Source of the DNA: Glaucostegus cemiculus
Lineage: Eukaryota
Length of the DNA: 64,000 nt
NCBI GenBank assembly: GCA_976551045.1
Contig: CDPCPM010000020.1
Location: 2,418,001 to 2,482,000, forward strand
Reading direction: 5' to 3'
Below, piece after piece: positions 60,642 through 64,000 of the stretch (position 1 is the stretch's first letter; the number at the start of each line of letters is the position of its first letter). Both the position numbers and the translations under genes were made by a program. The notes below the pieces were generated by a model, which saw only the letters and a program-made list of their open reading frames with translations, was not told the DNA's origin and made no database searches.

Positions 60642-61414
60642 CCATGGTGTTGCTGAATGTTGGAGCAGGCACAAAGGACCAAGTGTCCTGTGCCTGCTTC
60701 TATTTCTTATGTTCTTATTCCAAATAGAATCAAATGACAAGATTATATTTGAAGTTTTTGACCTTGTAATAAAAAAGAGGGTATGGCCCCCTTTAAAAGC
60801 CAGCAGTTATAGGCTCAGCTAATGTTAATTATTTTTTGCTGCAAGTTTCTCACAGGTTTGAAGGATATTAGAGCCATATTCGCAAGGCTTTGTAAGTTAA
60901 AGGCTGTGAAGTCTGAGAGAGAGTTTACAGCAGAAGTGAAAATGAAAAGTAAATTGAATCGTGCTTGTGAGGATTGCTTGCCCGTTAAGGAGTTTTGTAG
61001 TTCAAGTCTGAAAATTGCAAGCATTCACTCAGTTCCAATATGATTGATTTACAATAGAGTAAAGAAAATACATTAGATTGATTTTATTAACATTGTCATT
61101 TTTGTTCAATTACTGTTAAAGGTCCAATATAGTTGTTGCTGCTTTTCCTTTAGCGCACTCAAACCAATAATCGTTCCATCTCTTAGAAAGTAGTCTTACA
61201 CGAATCAGACCCAGCTGAAGAATGAGCAGATTGGCCATTTCATTCAGTTTTATTTCAAGAATGTGTAATTTTTTCTCTTACATAGTAGAATAGTGAAGAG
61301 TTTTGCATGGAAAAAGCAAAACAAGCAAGGCCCTAAACGTATTCTGTGCCAAACAAGTAAAATGGAGCAGACAAGAGGCTCCACACAAACCAACAGCTTA
61401 CAGCTGGATAGGCA

Positions 61415-61790
61415 AGAGTTGTATTTCTCTAGCACTTTTCACAACCACAGATCATTCAGTACAGCTATTGAGGAACTGCTTAAGTGTTGTCACTGTTGTA
61501 ATGTAAAAAGCACAGCAGCTAATTTGCGCATAGCAAGCTCTCACCTGTAGCAGTGCAGTAACAACCAAATAATCGATTAAATGATATTGGTTGAGGGACT
61601 ATTGTTAACCCCGAGACACCAAGGAGAATTCCCCAATGCTTCTTTGCAGTAGTGCTGTGGGATCTGAGTATGCATTAGAAACAGCAGCTGTGGTTATTGT
61701 ACTCAAGTCTCTCAGGCAGGACTTGAACCCACAACCTTTTGACTCAGAAGCAAGAACGCGACCTGACAAACCAAAGCTGTCACACAAGGG
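61415..61790 (-). mobile_element. Deu-domain SINE (SacSINE/AmnSINE-like)
   Basis: gtcactgttgtaatgta...gcagctaatttgcgcatagcaagctctcac...ttggttgaggga...tcttt...gtgctgtgggatct; antisense tRNA head ggacttgaacccacaaccttttgactcaga. Confidence 0.75.
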
Positions 61791-62384
61791 CAGCCAAAGA
61801 ACTTGTAGCAAGCTGGCATTGTGTAGGTGCCAGCTAAGAGCCAGTCTGAAAAATCAGATGTGTGCAGTATGAATACTGCGAGATTCATTGCTGCTTTGGA
61901 TACCTGGCTCCCAATTATCCTAACAGATCATCTTCAATCTCACAAGGTACAAGGGCTGGTTTTGGAAAGGTAGAACCTAATCAATGAGAAGCATGCCTCT
62001 CTGCTGGCCATTTGGAACTTCTGTTTCTTCATTGTTAGAGGAATATCAATCTACATTTACTTCCCAGATTATGTAAAACGTACTTAGGTTTATGTTCTGG
62101 AGTTATCTTGGCTTTGCTGTCACATCACAATCTAACACAACATACCACACCTTAAAATGAGAAGAGTCGTTCCAGTTGGTCTCTAATTAACAGGCACCAC
62201 GTGCCAGTCTGTAGGTCCCGTGGCCAGCCAATACACATATCATATCATCACAATGGAGGTCAGGTGGCACAGTATTGTTACATGGACATGTTTGCACACT
62301 CGTCATTAAAAGTGGTGGGACAAGTTGAGAAAGTGATTAAAATGGCAGGTGGGATACTCAGTTTTATCCTTGGGTTTATGGCAA

Positions 62385-63330
62385 CATTGTAGTTAAATTA
62401 TTGGATTTGAAATTAAGAGGCACAACTGTTAATTTGGAGATATTGCAAATCCCACCATGGCTGCTGGGGAATTAAAATTCAAATAATTAAACAAATCAGG
62501 AATTAAAAAGCTGGCAGTCATGAAAGGTGACCATAAAGTGACAGGACTGCCGTAAAAATTAAGTCCATCGGGGAAGGAACTCTATTGTCAATGGCTGGTC
62601 AACCCAATTTTGACTCCAGACCCATAACAAAGTGATCCACTCTTAATTGCTTCTGAAAAGGCCTGGAAAGCTGTTCGTGGGCAGTAAATATCAATCTTCC
62701 TGACAATGCCCATGCCCTGTAAATAAATGGAAATGTAGTGTAGGTTCATTTATGCTGAACCCTAATAATATCTAATAGGATCCTTAATGATTAGGCCCTG
62801 GCCAGAGTACTATGGCCAATTCTGTGCACCACACTTTAGAAGAAGGGGTGCAACGTGGAATTATGGTGTCAGGGATGAAAGACTTTAGTTAGGTGGAGAA
62901 GCTGGGTCTGTCCTTCAGAAGGTAAGGGAGGTTTTTGTAGCATCATGTTACAACTGATTGGCTTGCTTGGCCATTCCAGAGGGAAGTTGAGAGCATTATA
63001 GGTCTGAAGTCAGACCTGGGCTAGACCAGGTAAAGGTGGCAGATTTCCTTCTTTAAAGGGCATTAGAGAACCGGCTGGGTTTTACAACAATCTGGTGGCT
63101 TCATGATCACAATTACTCATTCCTTAATTACTAAGTTTAAATTTATGATGGGATTTGAGCTTAGATTTCCGAATTATTAGTCCACACCTCAGCGTTACTA
63201 GTCTAGCAACGTAACCGCTAAACTTTCAGACCACAGCAACAGTTCAGGACAGCAGCTCACCACCACCTTCTCAAAGGCAATTAGAGATGAGCAATAAATG
63301 CTGGCCTTGCCAGTGACACCCAGATCCAAA
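62385..63330. mobile_element. Two further copies of the tRNA-headed SINE (62385-62730 plus; 62950-63225 minus) and a LINE tail (63240-63330 plus)
   Basis: Share caaatcccacca, gactccagaccca, actcttaa(c/t)tgc with 15761-16080. Confidence 0.65.
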
Positions 63331-64000
63331 AAGTACATTTTAAAAAGGTGATCAAAATCATGAAGGTTTTGGCTGCATTACATAAGAAGACACTGTTTTC
63401 ACTGACAGCAAGGTCAGTAATGGAAAGGAGACACTTTTTACATAGTAATTGGCAAAAGAACCAGCAGAAAGATAAGTAAAAAATAGACGGCAAGGATGGT
63501 AAAAGCAGATCCATTGATAACTTTCAAAATGAGAATCAGATAATGTCTTTAAGTGGGACAATGTGCAGAAATAAAGGAAAAAAACAGGAGGAGAGACCTA
63601 AATAGATATCCCTTTTAGAAAGCTGATGCAGACATCATGTGTTAAATGACCTCCATCTGTGCTCTCTCATTCTCTGATCTAAGATAATGCAGTAGTCAAC
63701 ATCATAATATATAATATTGATGCAGTGGAGGTCAAATCCAATATACTGTAATGTCACTGGGGTTCATTTTACATGTCTCCAGGTTATCTATCTGAAACAA
63801 CAAAACTGCTCTCTCTGTTGACAGTGTAATGTGAACCCTTCCCTGATGAGTCACTGCCTGATAACACGCTCCTGTTGCGTGTTATTCTATGGAGCACGCA
63901 CTTCCAGCCATCTGTTCTCTGCACTGCATAAGAGTATAAAGTGGTCTTGTGTAAAGCAAATTCTGTTCTTCTTACATTAGTTTGATTATCTCTTCCCCCC

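Overview
Eukaryotic, AT-rich, repeat-dominated vertebrate DNA. The repeat spectrum (dense CR1 LINEs, V-SINE/HE1-like and Deu-domain SINEs, Penelope remnants) points to a cartilaginous fish, probably a ray or shark (inference). There is no intact host CDS, rRNA, tRNA or CRISPR array. Main contents: (1) many nested, decayed CR1 LINEs, including a minus-strand copy with 5'UTR, ORF1 and endonuclease (1-~2580) carrying a 227-bp solo LTR; (2) a CpG-rich TATA/CCAAT promoter with probable first exons of an unidentified minus-strand host gene near 32.1-32.4 kb and 30.9 kb; (3) a complete two-LTR Gmr1-like Gypsy element (44040-50781; integrase upstream of RT, tRNA-Pro PBS, ATAG TSD) with an in-frame loss of the integrase core and a 904-bp non-coding retroposon inside its 3' LTR; (4) Penelope-derived palindromic elements with minimal hammerhead-ribozyme motifs; (5) a heavily decayed endogenous-retrovirus-like relic (~57.8-60.6 kb) with an integrase C-terminus and an env-like region that looks more like an F-type fusion protein than a gamma-type env. 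All calls were made by eye, and boundaries of old repeats are approximate.
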